From Macrostomum lignano (taxonomy: Eukaryota), in NCBI GenBank assembly GCA_002269645.1, contig NIVC01002393.1, positions 114,606 to 178,605 on the forward strand: a stretch of 64,000 nucleotides of DNA, written 5' to 3'. Positions within the stretch are counted from its first letter, which is position 1. Each line of letters starts with the position of its first letter. The notes under the pieces are model-generated. The model was not told where the DNA came from and did no database searches. It saw only the letters and a program-made list of their open reading frames with translations. Both the position numbers and the translations under genes were made by a program. Positions 38,128 through 50,538 of this stretch are shown here, in pieces.

Positions 38128-40032
38128 GCCTATCTATTTGCCGGGTTAGTGTCTCAGCTTCTGTCCTAGTGTCTACCTGCTAACCTGTCAATCAACCAAC
38201 AGCGAACGCCCAGAGTCCCCAGCGCCTCACCCTAATTTGAAAGTAGCGCCAGCCTCTGGAGCATCCAGCAGCCGCAGCTCCATCAGTCTCCAAATCGTGA
38301 GCAGTCGCAGATCTTAAATCAGCCAACTCAATCGGCCAAGTACACGTGGATCCGGGATCTCGCAGGCCCTCATCATTGACGTGCTTACTAATCACAATCC
38401 AATTAGTGGCATCGTGAGACGCCTCCAGTACCCAGTTGCGCAGCGCGGAGCGTGAGAACCCGCGGGCATGCCGTATGGTGTAAGCGCTAGGCAGGAGGTC
38501 AACTCCAACATCAATCTGTACAGCAGCCTGTCGGTCATCAGCCGTGTGACAATTCAACGGAGCATGATCTCTAGATAGGAAATGTTCCAATTTACCATAG
38601 GACAAATCTTTGCCATTCCAAGTTGTCATGACAACCACACCAGCTTGAACTGGATTGACCCAGCTAGGCTGACTACCAGCATTGGTGCCTAGCCAATAGA
38701 ACAGACCATTCTCATCGAAATCGTAGGCATAGGTTAGCTGCACAGCACCATCGGGGGCTGCAGACAAAGCTTGGAACATTCTAAACGTAGATCTATCAAG
38801 ATCGTGCCATTGTTTGCACACCCGCTTCAAAAGATACTGCTCCAGCTCGCCTACAGAGCACAGCGGTTCCACTCTAAGTTGTCGGCCTGTTAAATCTACT
38901 AAACCGTCGCTATTCTTAGCCGTGACAGGGCCAGTGCCAGTGCCGCATTCCAATTGTAATCGAAGCTTCTTAACCAGACTGGCCAGGCTCTGCTGATCGG
39001 CACTGCCGCCGTGTCGACCGGATCCCGATGACGAATTAGCGGAAGATGCAGCGGCAGCGGCTGCAGCAGCGGCGGCAGCAGCAGCAACAACAGCCGAAGC
39101 TGCGGATCCGCTAGCTGAAGCAGCTGCGGCAGCGGCGGCGGCTGCAGCTGCAGAAGAAGCAGACGAATTTGAAGCCACAGGAGCAGAGTCCAGCAACAGT
39201 AGGGGCAGACGCTCCACTAACTGAAGCACAGCAACCAGCTTAGCAACAAACAGCTCGGCTGGTTTACCCGAGAACTGCTTCAGAAAATGAGCCTGCCGAT
39301 TAGCAGCCACCTGCCTGTCCTCGCTATGCAGATACATCAGCAGGGCTGGCAACAGGCCAGACGTGTGCAATTCGTAAGCCGACACTGTGGCCTCATGGTC
39401 AAATAGTTGGACCAATTCTGCTACACCTGATTCGTTTATTACACCGCTGCTGCCTGTACTGGGTGGCTCGCCCGCTGCCAGTTGGTGCGGCTGGTTGGGC
39501 GTGGCGGCCAAGGCTCGGCCAACAGCGCGAAGCTTGTCGCAGACGCCCGTCTGGGCCGCGTCGACATCTTGCAGGTGGCGAAGGAACAGGGCGCTGGCTA
39601 GCGAGTTGCAGTTCGGCTGGTGCTGACTGGGCTGCTGCTGCTGGGAAGACTGGGACTGATGCTCACTCACGTACCTGGGGTAGGAGGGGGGGTTGTGGAA
39701 AAACATTAGTGAGGGTGGTTTCTGTAAATGCTTTATCTTTAAAATCATACGGAGGTTTTTAATTAGATAATTTCGAACGAACTTTTTGTATCCTTAGTAT
39801 ATAGGATTTTATTGAAAATGATACCCAATACCCACAGCAACAGAGGCAAATATTAATGAACCCATTTAAATAGGACAGACAGACAGACAGACAGTCAGAC
39901 AGACAGACACACAGACAGACAGACAGGCAGGCAGACAGACAGACAGGCAGACAGACAGGCAGACAGACAGACAGACAGATAGACAGACAGACACACAGAC
40001 AGACAGACAGACAGACAGGCAGACAGAGAGGC

Positions 40033-40083
<51 letters not shown>

Positions 40084-40218
40084 AAGACAGACAGACAGGC
40101 AGGCAGACAGACAGACAGGCAGACAGACAGGCAGACAGACAGACAGACAGACACACAGACAGACAGACAGACAGACAGGCAGACAAAGAGGCAGACAGAC
40201 AGACAGACAGACAGACAC

Positions 40219-40275
<57 letters not shown>

Positions 40276-40300
40276 AAGACAGACAGAGAGGCAGACAGAA

Positions 40301-40347
<47 letters not shown>

Positions 40348-40542
40348 AAGACAGACAGGCAGGCAGACAGACAGACAGGCAGACAGACAGGCAGACAGAC
40401 AGACAGAAAGACAGACACACAGACAGACAGACAGACAGACAGGCAGACAGAGAGGCAGACAGACAGACAGACAGACAGACACACAGACAGACAGACAGAC
40501 AGGCAGACAGACAGAGACAGACAGACAGACAGAAAGACAGAC

Positions 40543-40575
<33 letters not shown>

Positions 40576-43500
40576 GACAGACAGACAGACAGAAAGACAG
40601 AGACAGGCAGTCAGACAAGCAGTCAGCTTACTTAAGGTGCGTCTTCCTGGAGGTCTCGAACTCGAAGCCGGCCAGGCCGGGCCTGAGCACGGTAGTCTGG
40701 GTCCCGCCGTCCCGATTGCAGACGCGCAGCTCCGAGCCGCTGGCGGTCAGCTGCCATTTGCCAACTTCGGCCTGAAATTCGGCGAGTTTCTGCGAGCCGC
40801 TTCGATGATGCCGCAGCGCCAGGGCCTTCACCGACTGCAGGCGGCGGCTGAAATCGTCCTGCTGCTGCATGGCGGTCTCGCGCTGGTGTTGCGAGCGCTG
40901 AGGCGACTCCGACTCGGCGCTGCCGCTGCTGTACATGGTGCACACGCGAGAGTCCAGCTGGTATTTGAACCAGCCATTGCTCATGTTGGGCAGCTCGATG
41001 GCGCAGTGCCTGCCGAATAGGAATAGGCTCTCCCGGGTTCGAGCCAGGCTCCAGTCGAACCATTGGTACAGACGGTGCTGTTCCATCTCTTGCTGGGCTA
41101 TAGGGAGTAAGGGTTTGTGCGTGTGTGCAATTAATGGGTTCGCAGTGTGCATTGGGGGCAGAAATAATCTGAGGGGGTGAGTTGGAGGTGTACATTGGGG
41201 TAGAAAGAATCGGGAGGGGTGAGTTGGCGGTGTACATTGGGGCAGAAAGAATCGGGAGGGGTGAGTTGGCGGTGTTCATTGGGGCAGAAAGAATCGGGAG
41301 GGGTGAGTTGGCGGTGTACATTGGGGCAGAAAGAATCGGGAGGGGTGAGTTGGCGGTGTACATTGGGGCAGAAAGAATCGGGATGGGGTGAGTTGGAGGT
41401 GTACATTGGGCGTAGAAAGAATCGGGAGGGGGTCAGTTGACAGTGTACATTGGGGGTAGAAACAATCGAGAGGGGTGAGTTGGCGGTGTACATTGGGGCA
41501 GAAAGAATCGGGGAGTGAGTTAGCGGTGTACATTGGGGGGATAGAAAGAATCGTGGGGGGGGGTGAGTTGGCAATTGACATTGGGGATGGAAATAACAGG
41601 TAGTGCACATTAAGGACAGAATGAATCATTGGGTTATTCGCACATTTTATACAGAGTAAATACTGCATGTCAGCAAGTTGACTCACCAACTGGGCTGGTA
41701 GAAGCAGCAGGTGTGACTGCAGCAGTTTTAGATGACTCGGTACTATTACTGCCAGCGCTAGCAGATTGCGCCTGCTTCAACTGCTCCTTAGCTTGCTCTT
41801 TAGCTGCCCTTTTCTCCCTAGCCTTCTCTCGCAGATGCGCCTCGTGCATAACCCGAATCTGAGCAATGGCACCCAGCCGGAAGAACTGTTCACCAAACGC
41901 AGATTTAGCTTTATCTAACAATTGTTCAGCAATTCTCAATGCGGCATTTCTCTGACCAATATCGGATTGTTCATCTTGCAGAGCGTGAGCAACTAGTTGA
42001 ACTAGGCCGCTAGCCAACTCGCTGCCGCCTAAACTGGCAAGGAAATCTGCATCAGCGTAAGACAGCAGCTTCAACAGCAGGTGAATTGCGCACCTGCGTA
42101 TAGACGGGGCCATGCTGTCCCAGTAGAGGCCTAGCAGGGCCGGAGCGAATCGGTGCATGAAAGCCGGTCGGCATTCCGGATATCCGGCGGTGCCATTCGA
42201 AGCGTTAGCAGATGAAGGCGCATCTTCTGAGTCATCAGGATCGCCGACTGCGGCGTTTTCAGCGGCAGCTGCGGCGGCAGCGGTAGAGCCAGCTGGAGAC
42301 ATGTACTCTCTAGGCGAGGTGAGAATGCTAATAACCTCACGGTGACCGGCATCCTGACGCTCTCTAGCTTTATCAATCGGCAGCTTGTTCTCTTCATCTT
42401 TTAGAGTTGGATCGGCTCCGTATTTGAGCAATAGTTTGACAATTTCCGGCCGACCAAAACAGGCTGCGTAGTGCAAGGAGCTGGACCGTTTGCCAAAGTT
42501 GACATCGGCGCCTCTGGAGCAGAGAAACTTCACCATCTCTTTAGTACCGAAAGCTGCAGCCCAGTTTAGCAATGTCTGACCAACATCGTCCATATAGTTG
42601 ACATCGAATGCGCCAGATTCGATAGCGTCAACAACCGTCTCAGTGTCTTTGCTGCGAATTGCATCGATCAGCTGACGATGCGGTCGTTCGGCGCTTCCGC
42701 TTGCGCCGCCGCCGGCGCCACCACCGGAAGCGCCACGCAAGCCACCGAGTGCAGCGGCTACAACGCTACTGCCAGACAGCTGGACCAGAGCTGGCCGACC
42801 CTCAAACACCAGAGTCATGAGCAACTCGGACAAACGCAACGATTCCAAAGCGATCCGATCTTCTCCGCCAGAAGAAGCCGACAGTTTCAAAGCTTCAATC
42901 AGGGCGTCTGGCAAGTCCAAATCCTGACGGAGTAGCAGAGCTTGGGCCACTTCTGGCGAAGCTTTGCACAGCGAAGTCAACACGGCGGTGACGGCGGTGA
43001 AGTTACGTTCAGATCGGCGACGAAGCTGTTTCAGCAGCATCGACAGGACACCTTCTGGAGCAAGGGGCGCCGGATCTGCGTGACGTTTAGCAAACCGGTC
43101 AACTAGAGTGGCCAAGCAACGCAATGTGATGTCAACAACGCCGGAGTCCTGATGCTCCAGCAGGTACTGCAGACAGTCCACACTGGTAGGCAGGCTGTCA
43201 TCAGACGGTTCAACTCTGGTGCACAGTCTCGTAGCAGCGTTCATTGCCGAGTGAGTAACGTCCAGATGGCACTGGGCACCGTGAGCTTTCACAAAGGCTA
43301 GTAAGCATTGCAATCCGCCAGCTTCGTACACCGCGGCGTGCTCTCTCTGACAGATGCCCTCGATGATTTTAATGCACTGCTGAGCCAGCTCCTTGCTGCA
43401 ATAGTCAGACATGTCAGCAACCAATAGTCGAGTGCAGATAGCTTTCACAGCGCCATCGACCTGAACTATACGCCTTGAGCAATCATGCGACACGTCTAAG

Positions 43501-43751
43501 AAATAGGTGATGGCTCGAGCGGCAATCTCCAGGATCTCTTCCGGAGCGCTTTCATCAAGAAAGATGCGACAAAGCGCCGGCAAGAACACTCTCGGCGACC
43601 ACATTTCAAAGCAGCGATCGACATTGTCGGAGAACAGTAGCACTTCGCACAGTCGTTCAAGAGCGTCGCGCTGCATCAGGCGATTGTCGAGGTCGCAGCC
43701 GTGACCCGAGCTGAGCCAGTCCAGCAATGTGTCCGGATCAATTCGATCCAT
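21589..43751 (-). CDS. HECTD1: E3 ubiquitin-protein ligase HECTD1, 8 exons, 8031 nt, 2676 aa
   Basis: Exons 43751-41687, 41097-40632, 39674-38231, 30022-29645, 28962-27187, 26474-25854, 25420-24727, 22175-21589; all GT-AG and phases join into one frame. N-terminal DPDTLLDWL, ankyrin repeats ([15 protein letters not shown]), SUN/F5-8-like region ([14 protein letters not shown]), MIB-HERC2 ([13 protein letters not shown]), HECT ending [16 protein letters not shown]...GFHLN*. Confidence 0.97.
22190..24710. repeat. 18-24-bp minisatellite filling HECTD1 intron 7
   Basis: Core caggtagggggcggatat with gccaga/gccaca/ca variants. Confidence 0.97.
25460..25850. repeat. About 40-bp minisatellite in HECTD1 intron 6
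   Basis: gtgttttatttcgatacatatcggctacattgagtaaata, about 9 degenerate copies. Confidence 0.88.
28975..29560. repeat. About 20-bp minisatellite in HECTD1 intron 4
   Basis: ggttaggggatttgaaggcc and variants. Confidence 0.92.
30305..30723. repeat. (TCTG)n compound microsatellite, left part, split by the EnSpm insertion
   Basis: The same submotifs (cttagtgtctgtctgtctttccg) continue at 37806-38130. Confidence 0.93.
31811..33721 (+). CDS. EnSpm/CMC-type DDE transposase, 636 aa, uninterrupted
   Basis: [19 protein letters not shown]...[50 protein letters not shown]: the conserved motifs of CACTA-like transposases. Confidence 0.92.
   Translation: MALPSRASNRQVAREMQEILQELPTIGATNIEARLDLENVMGQNEDTKSNAEPEETFFDAVGPMPMDFDSQMHALFEEEMDEEVEEQDDSLGYNRPPPLTLVQELLLFYITFNITSAAMNYLLRLLARFFTDIPTSVYMLKRQCPSTEITRFNVNNGHVAFLSIVDNLKFLLDSKILTIPSGITNFFVSLRVNVDGLPLFKSSRINLWPILMLVNNCFRPVPFGLFCGIGKPDLHVFLERFCSEIAGLQNGFDYNMKRIFIKSIVFICDTPARNFIQCLKGHSSYLGCSWCRQVGNYTGDRICFSNTIAEARTNQDYEQGRENNQLGISPLARIVPMYSNFVPDPMHIVYLGVVKKLLKFYFLGAKHIRLACKLSSQLKEEINRKIMYIKEFVPSDFQRRLRTFADIEYFKATEFRQCLLYFGPFLFKNTLPKVYFNHYLLLHWSISVLNSPEYCEIYFDAAEACLKKFVAEAPSLYYNSVVSYNWHALLHLPEFVQMYGPLDTFSAFPFENYLQLIKKRIRCTNHVFAQSVNQLLNVRFLYSNDKLGDIGFTNKSPNNCAIVDGKVVIVTNLNDGLISGQVLTFDRSLYSYPYPSKSIGIGYYKHSKTFVSNLQPSKKAILIPFGGDYLVIPCIK
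34423..36933 (+). CDS. Multi-exon second gene of the transposon, DUF4806-like C-terminal domain
   Basis: First coding exon 34423-34788 (gtaagt donor); later exons encode [40 protein letters not shown]...KMSF and [17 protein letters not shown], typical of DUF4806 proteins. Internal exon boundaries are not fully resolved. Confidence 0.65.
37806..38130. repeat. (TCTG)n compound microsatellite, right part
   Basis: Continuation of 30305-30723. Confidence 0.93.
39875..40620. repeat. (CAGA)n microsatellite filling HECTD1 intron 2
   Basis: About 750 bp of cagacagacagac with caggc/cacac variants. Confidence 0.97.
41140..41590. repeat. 42-bp minisatellite in HECTD1 intron 1
   Basis: gagttggcggtgtacattggggcagaaagaatcgggaggggt, about 10 copies. 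Confidence 0.93.
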
Positions 43752-44574
43752 TTTCTCTTCTGCAGTTGCTTCTGATTTGCTGATCTGCTGCTGCTCACAG
43801 CTAAATCTGAGCTAGCGATAGTTTTGTGTCTTCTTCGATTAGTTATTTGAGTAGAGTTTTATTTGAAGTTCTTTAAAATAAAAAAGTTCAAATCACACTG
43901 AGAAGAATTTCATAAATTCGAAAGAGTATTGTAAATACAATACGATAATAATAATATGGCTATAAGGCTGTGGGCGACCTTGCTATTGTATTTTGAGGGG
44001 TCTTTTCTATCTGGGGGGGGGGTGCTTGCTGTTTAGGTTGCTTTCTATCTGGGGGGGGGGGGTGTGCTTGCTATCTGGGGGATGAAGGTTAGAAGCGTTT
44101 ACCACAAAGTCTCTCTGCATAATACATAAAAAACATCCCAAATAAAGAAACAAAGAAACAGTAAAAGAACTGAACTGAAGTACTTGACTTCAAATCAACA
44201 ATTTATTAAGCTTCATCAGAATGTAATGGAAGATATACAGATCGGCTATCAAAAATGAGTCACACTTGTAATAAAGTTACTAATTCTATTAATCTAGAAA
44301 TAACAAAACGCATTACGAATGATAACAGTGTAACCACAAAATAGTTTCGTATATGAGAAATAAATAACAGAAGGGAGTGTTATAAAAGTCAATGACGACG
44401 CTTAAAAAATTTCAAGGCATGATTCATTGTTTATAAAGTCACGGAGTTTGATTATAGAAAATTTTCCTTGAAAAGGGTTAAGGACAGTTCTTCTTTATTG
44501 GAAACTGTCAGGGACAGTCCTATATACTAAAATAATTTACTAAAATGGACAGGGCAGTTCTTTCTCAAAAAACT

Positions 44575-45310
44575 TTCAGGGACAGTTCTTTCCTAGAAAT
44601 GGTCAGGGCAAGTTCTTTCCTAGAAATGGTCAGGGCAAGTTCTTTCCTAGAAATGGTCAGGGCAAGTTCTTTCCTAGAAATGGTCAGGGCAAGTTCTTTC
44701 CTAGAAATGGTCAGGGCAAGTTCTTTCCTAGAAATGGTCAGGGCAAGTCCTTTCCTAGAAATGGTCAGGGCAAGTCCTTTCCTAGAAATGCGTAGTGCTT
44801 TCTTAGAAATGGACAGGGGTAGTTCTTTCTTGAAAATGGAAAGGGTAGTTCTTTCTTAGAAATGGACAGGGGTAGTTCTTTCTTGAAAATGGAAAGGGTA
44901 GTTATTTCTTGAAAATGGACAGGGGTAGTTCTTTCCTAGAAATGGTCAGGGCAAGTTCTTTCCTAGAAATGGTCAGGGCAAGTTCTTTCCTAGAAATGCG
45001 TAGTGCTTTCTTAGAAATGGACAGGGGTAGTTCTTTCTTGGAAATAGAAAGGGTAGTTCTTTCTTAGAAATGGAAGGGGTAGTTCTTTCTTGGAAATGGA
45101 AAGGGTAGTTCTTTCTTGGAAATGGACAGGGGTAGTTCTTTCTTAGAAATGGACAGAGGTAGTTCTTTTTTAGAAATGGAAGGGGTAGTTCTTTCTTGGA
45201 AATGGAAAGGGTAGTTCTTTCTTAGAAATGGACAGGGGTAGTTATTTCTTAGAAATGAACAGAGGTAGTTCTTTCTTAGAAATGGACAGGAGCAGTTTTT
45301 TCTTGGAAAT
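44575..45310. repeat. 27-bp minisatellite between TRMT10B and HECTD1
   Basis: ttcctagaaatggtcagggcaagttct and variants. Confidence 0.95.
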
Positions 45311-45481
45311 GGACAGGGATACTTCTTGGAAATATTATGATATTTGTTGGAAAGTTCCTTTCTTTTATGGCCTCCCCCAACGGGGGCTAAGATCGAAAGA
45401 GCATGATAACGAAGATGATTGCACTCAACTGTGTTAAAAAGTGCACTCGCAGTTACAAGAACCAAATCTGGCGCAAGCCAT

Positions 45482-47347
45482 TCAAGAATTCGCCAAATAG
45501 TTACCCTGTTTCGGCTGCAATTTCAGTCGCGGCGGTAGTCGCCCCATCAAAGCCTCAGTCCAAGTCGATCCGTTGACCAAATCAACAAGAACGCCGAATA
45601 CAATATTCACTGGCAATGGTAGTTTACGCAAAGACGCGGATGTTATGGTAGAGGACGTCACGTGACTATCAATCGGAAGTCGAACGGCTTTGCAGCCAAA
45701 CTGAGCAGCCTCGATAACAGACGCGCCCGGTTGTCTAGCTTCATCAACAAAGCCGCCAATGACGTAGACAGCGGATGGAGAAAGCTCATATAGACACTGC
45801 TCAGCATCCGGTGACAGGTAAATAATCTCCTTATTAGGAAAGCTATCAACTGGCGATTGAGGAAATAATGCAATACGATAGGCTTGCATGGAATATTTCT
45901 GCCTAGCAACAGTTGCTAAGCGAGACTCTAATTGATAATTGGTTAAACAGAGTTGAACCATATTAGGCTGAGAAGATCGGTGAATACCATAGAGTCTATT
46001 TAATTGTTTAGCCAATTTGTCCACCTCTTTATCGGACATTTTCGATTCATAGGTCAAGTCTAAGCAGATTGTCGGCTGGCCTTGGCTAAGAGCCAATTCT
46101 AATCGGGCGTCTAGCAGAGCTTTTGCATCGCGCTTGGTCACGTGATCGAGGCCGGACTCCACTGCGGCGGTAAAGGTAGGGGGTTTTAAAATTACTACAT
46201 GTACTTTAAAAAAACATTAAACCAAATGCAATAAAAAACTAAAATAACTTCTCAGCCCCCAAAGTCTAATTTATTATCTTTTACTATCTGGGGAATCCCA
46301 CCATTAACCACTTGGGGAATCCCACCATTAACCACTTGGGAATCCCACCATTAACCACCTGGGGAATCCCAGATTAACCACCTGGGGAATCCCACCATTA
46401 ACCACCTGGGGAATCCCAGATTAACCACCTGGGAATTCCACCATTAACCACCTGGGGAATCCCACCATTAACCACCCGGGGAATCCGCGATTAACTGCTT
46501 GGGGGAATCCCTTACTAACTACTGAGGGACTCCTCCATTAACTACCTAAAGAATCACCCATAAACCATCTGGGCGATCCCTTATTAACTAACTGGGAATC
46601 CCCACTAACTACCTGGGGAATCCCCCATTTAACCACCTGGGGAATCCCCCATTAACTACCTGGGGAATTCCCCATAAACTACCTGGGGATAGTGGGTAGG
46701 CTTTGTATTTATGTTTCTTTGTTAGTTATAGTTGTAGCTAGGTCTCATTTTCGTGTATCAAAGATACCAGGTATTTACGTCTCCGGACCCCGCCCCCATT
46801 ATCGCTTAGTGTACATGCAATCTCAGCCCCACCCAAATTTTTTGTGTCATTTAGCAGTTAAATATAAAAGGATCGACGGCTTGAATTTGTTCGTGAGAGC
46901 GCGTTGTGGCAATAGTCAAAACCTGCCGAGAGTTTGAGCAAAAGTTATTTGTCTTGAGAACAGGGGAATCTTCCCATTAACCACCTGGGGAATCGCTCCA
47001 TAAACCACCTGGGGAATCCCCTATTAACTACCTGGGGAATCTTACAATTAAACACCTGTGGAATCCCTCTATTAACAACTTGAGAAATCGCTTCATTTTT
47101 CTCTTGGGGTATCACCGCTTCAGAAAACTCAGATTAGCCTAAACAAACCAAATAAATTTGAACCATATCTTACTTCAGCTACTTAAAGTAGAAATGCAAA
47201 AATATATCCAAAACAAGTGAAAATGACAAAACCTTTTAATCGAACGGCTGCCCTGTGACGCTCACGTCGTCGCTCCTTCTCTTTGCGTCGCTTGTCCACT
47301 CGCCAGTCGGTGGACTTCAAGCTGTCACTGTCTTCGGCTTGGTGCAT
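45482..47347 (-). CDS. TRMT10B: tRNA m1G9 methyltransferase, TRM10 family (TRMT10B-like), 2 exons (47347-47233, 46161-45482), 264 aa
   Basis: Exon 1 MHQAEDS...KEKERRRERHRAAVRLK joins in phase 1 to ICLDLTYESKMSDKEV.KLAKQL, IIYLSPDA, YVIGGFVD, VRLPI, LPVNIVF, W.EAL...LPPR (SPOUT Trm10 motifs). Family is secure; the A/B paralog call is less so. Confidence 0.85.
46290..47080. repeat. About 21-bp minisatellite in the TRMT10 intron, two blocks (46290-46690, 46960-47080)
   Basis: ccattaaccacctggggaatc. Confidence 0.9.
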
Positions 47348-47473
47348 ATCGATGCTTGCCGCTCTGCTGAAGTCTGGAATACGTTTTAGGCGATCGCCAA
47401 TCGGTAAAAAATTCTTTAATTTCTTTATTCTCTCAATTTATCAATAAATATTTATCAGGAATTATTTTTAGGG

Positions 47474-48260
47474 ATGGCTGAGGGGCGATTTTCATTGATG
47501 ACTGAGGGGCGATTCTTATTGATGGCTGAGGGGCGATTCTTATGGATGGCTGAAGGGCGATTTTTATTGATGGCTGAGGGGCGATTCTTATTGATGGCTG
47601 AGGGGCGATTCTTATTGATGACTGAGGGCCGATTCTTATGGATGGCTGAGGGGCGATTCTTATTGATGGCTGAGGGCCGATTCTTATTGATGGCTGAGGG
47701 GCGATTCTTATTGATGGCTGAGGGGCGATTCTTATTGATGGCTGAGGGGCGATTTTTATTGATGGCTGAGGGGCGATTTTTATTGGCTGAGGGGCGATTC
47801 TTATTGATGGCTGAGGGGCGATTCTTATTGATGGCTGAGGGGCGATTCTTATTGATGGCTGAGGCGCGATTCTTATTGATGGCTGAGGGGCGATTCTTAT
47901 TGGCTGAGGGGCGATTCTTATTGATGGCTGAGGGGCGATTCTTATTGGCTGAGGGGCGATTCTTATTGATGGCTGAGGGGCGATTCTTATTGATGGCTGA
48001 GGGGCGATTCTTATTGATGGCTGAGGGGCGATTCTTTTGGATGCCTGAGGGGCGATTCTTATTGATGGCTGAGGGGCGATTCTTATGGATGCCTGAGGGG
48101 CGATTCTCATGGATGGCTCAGGGGCGATTCTTATTGATGGCTGAGGGGCGATTCTTATTGATGCCTGAGGGGCGATTCTCATGGATGGCTGAGGGGCGAT
48201 TCTTATTGATGGCTGGTGGGGGCGATTCTTATTGATGCATTGATGCCTGGTGGGGGCGAT
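47474..48260. repeat. 24-bp minisatellite between ZMYND10 and TRMT10B
   Basis: gatggctgaggggcgattcttatt, about 32 copies. Confidence 0.97.
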
Positions 48261-48615
48261 TCTGAGGATTGGTTAAATCACACGTTTTATTTCTATTTAG
48301 GAACGAAGTTACATGGCTAAGAAGTAAGCATTCACAAAATTACAGAACAGCGAAAAGCTTGCTTGTTTTTTCAACAAATATTTAACTAGAACTTTTAATA
48401 ATGTTCGTATAAACTTCAGTGACATAATTAATAGAACACGTATTGAAAAGTACTTTTTTGCTTTAAAAAACTTCACAGCTAAAATGGAATGATAGGAAAG
48501 TAAAGAAAACAAAAAACAGGACGGATTATTATAGGCAAACGCGTGTAAACTATTGAACAATAAGTAGGGCGAATGAAAATTAAGCAATTAAAAAGTCAGT
48601 AGTTAAAAACCGGCG

Positions 48616-50538
48616 TTAATCAGATTTAACTTCCTCAACGATGGCTCCAGCGTTGGGTTTATTCTGAGGAACCACCACCATCAAGTCGCACGCCGGCTTA
48701 TGCTTAGTCCAGTGTCCCACTTGGCACTCTCTTCGGCAGTACCATTCGTTCTGACAACGCGAGCAGCGTTTAACAGCTGGGGCGCCGCAGGCGGCGCATT
48801 TTGGCGGCTCAGCCAGCATGGCTTCAAGTACATCCAGATTATAAGTGTCCGACCAGAGGGCGGCTTGGGATTTGAAATCTGCCGCACTGATGTTGAACAC
48901 TGTGCCCATCTGGATGCGGGCGATGTCGGACCATTTGCCTGGGGGTTGGGGAATTGAAAGCGATTTTTCCCATTTTTGGTTGGGAATTGAAGGCGATTTT
49001 CCCATTTTTTGTGGGGAATTGAAGGCGATTTTTCCCATTTTTGGTGGGGAATTGAAGGCGATTTTCCCATTTTTGGTGGGGAATGGAAGGCGATTTTTCC
49101 CATTTTTAGTGGGGAATTGAAGGCGATTTTTCCCATTTTTTTGTGGGGAATTGAGGGCGATTTTTTCTATTTTTATTGGGAATTGAAGGCGATTTTTTTC
49201 ATTTTTGGTGGGGAATTAAAGGCGATTTTTCCAATTTTTGGCGGGAATCGAGGGCGTTTTTTCTATTTTTTGTGGGGAGTTAAAGGCGATTTTCACCATT
49301 TATGTTAGGGAATTGAAGGCGATTTTTCCCATTTCTAATTTATTACCGGAGTTACATTATTTATTCCGGCAGAAATGCCGACACTTTTTACTTGCAATCA
49401 AATGTGCTCTGGAAATGAGTAGATGAAACCAGATGCACTAACCTTGATACTTGTCAAGAATAGCAGCCCTGACTTCAGGCAGCTGTTCCAGCAACAATTC
49501 TTTCTTATAAGGCGCGGGCTCCAACAGAGCCATATGCTCCAAGCCTTGCCTTAGCGGCACTAGAAAGGACAACTGATCCAGCACAGTCTCGTGCAGATGC
49601 GAACGAAGCTTCAATAAGAAATTCTTTCGATAGTTAGTCATCTCATATTTACGCTGACACTCTGAGTTAGTAAGCATCTCGTACAGGGCTAACCAAACGC
49701 AGCCTTCTAATTTGACAATTCCACTGTTGAATTCCGCCTGGTCAACAGTCTGCCAACCATTGTCAACGTACTGATAGCACTGCCCAGTAGACGGATGCCG
49801 CAGTTTCCAAGGACGCAATTCGATCAGACTGGCAAACAGCAGTGGATAGTCGTGCACATTCAGTGCCCGAGTCAGAGCTGACAAAGACAAAGACTTGGAG
49901 TTAGTCAGCAAGTTGCTGGACACTGTGACACATTTCAATGCCAATTCAAATTCTAGACTGCGTCTCTGCTGCTCAAGCTCAGAGAGACTCGACCTGGCGG
50001 AGTCTCCGGTCTCATTTTCACCTGACAGACCGCTGTTAGTTTTACTTCTAACTGACAGCAGCCCATCTTCCAGCATGCTGCCTGACTGTGTCAGTTTAAC
50101 CAGCTTCCTGTGACAATAATCAATTAAGTCTAAAGCAACTTCGCCAAGACTCTCAACAACATCCGAATGAAAGCTCAGCGTCTCCAACAAATTTAGCACT
50201 GTAGCTTCATGATAGAGCACCAGATAGATAGGAAAGGTCACCTGCGGCTTGAAGTCGCTATTAGAAATCATCAATGGAAATATTTTCTCTTTCCAAACTT
50301 CAGTTACAAGCAGGTCGTGCATCAGTGTCTCCAATTTGCCGTGATTGACCACGAATTCGGGCACGAACTCATCTTGCTGCTTAGCAACTGACAGGACAGC
50401 CTGCATATTAAGCTTTTCAATGTACTGATGCTGCCTCTGCCATTGGGGATCGCCTATACGAGTCAGCTCTAGCGACTGGAGGCTCTGGACAAAGCCTTCA
50501 GCCTCTGAGGCAAGCAGCACTGCTTCCAGAAATTGCAT
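48616..50538 (-). CDS. ZMYND10: Zinc finger MYND domain-containing protein 10, 2 exons (50538-49443, 48938-48616), 472 aa
   Basis: EAEGFVQSL...WQRQHQYIEKLNMQA, EVWKEKIFP, LYHEATVLNLLET, DYCHRKL, and C-terminal MYND finger CAACGAPAVKRCSRCQNEWYCRRECQVGHWTKHKPAC; phase-1 GT-AG intron. Confidence 0.95.
48950..49335. repeat. 31-33-bp minisatellite in the ZMYND10 intron
   Basis: ggggaattgaaggcgatttttcccatttttggt, about 12 copies. Confidence 0.93.

Noticed and set aside
22190-49335. G-rich template-strand bias of arrays in minus-strand genes
   Set aside because: It holds for several arrays but not for introns 2, 3 and 5 or the TRMT10 intron; too few cases.
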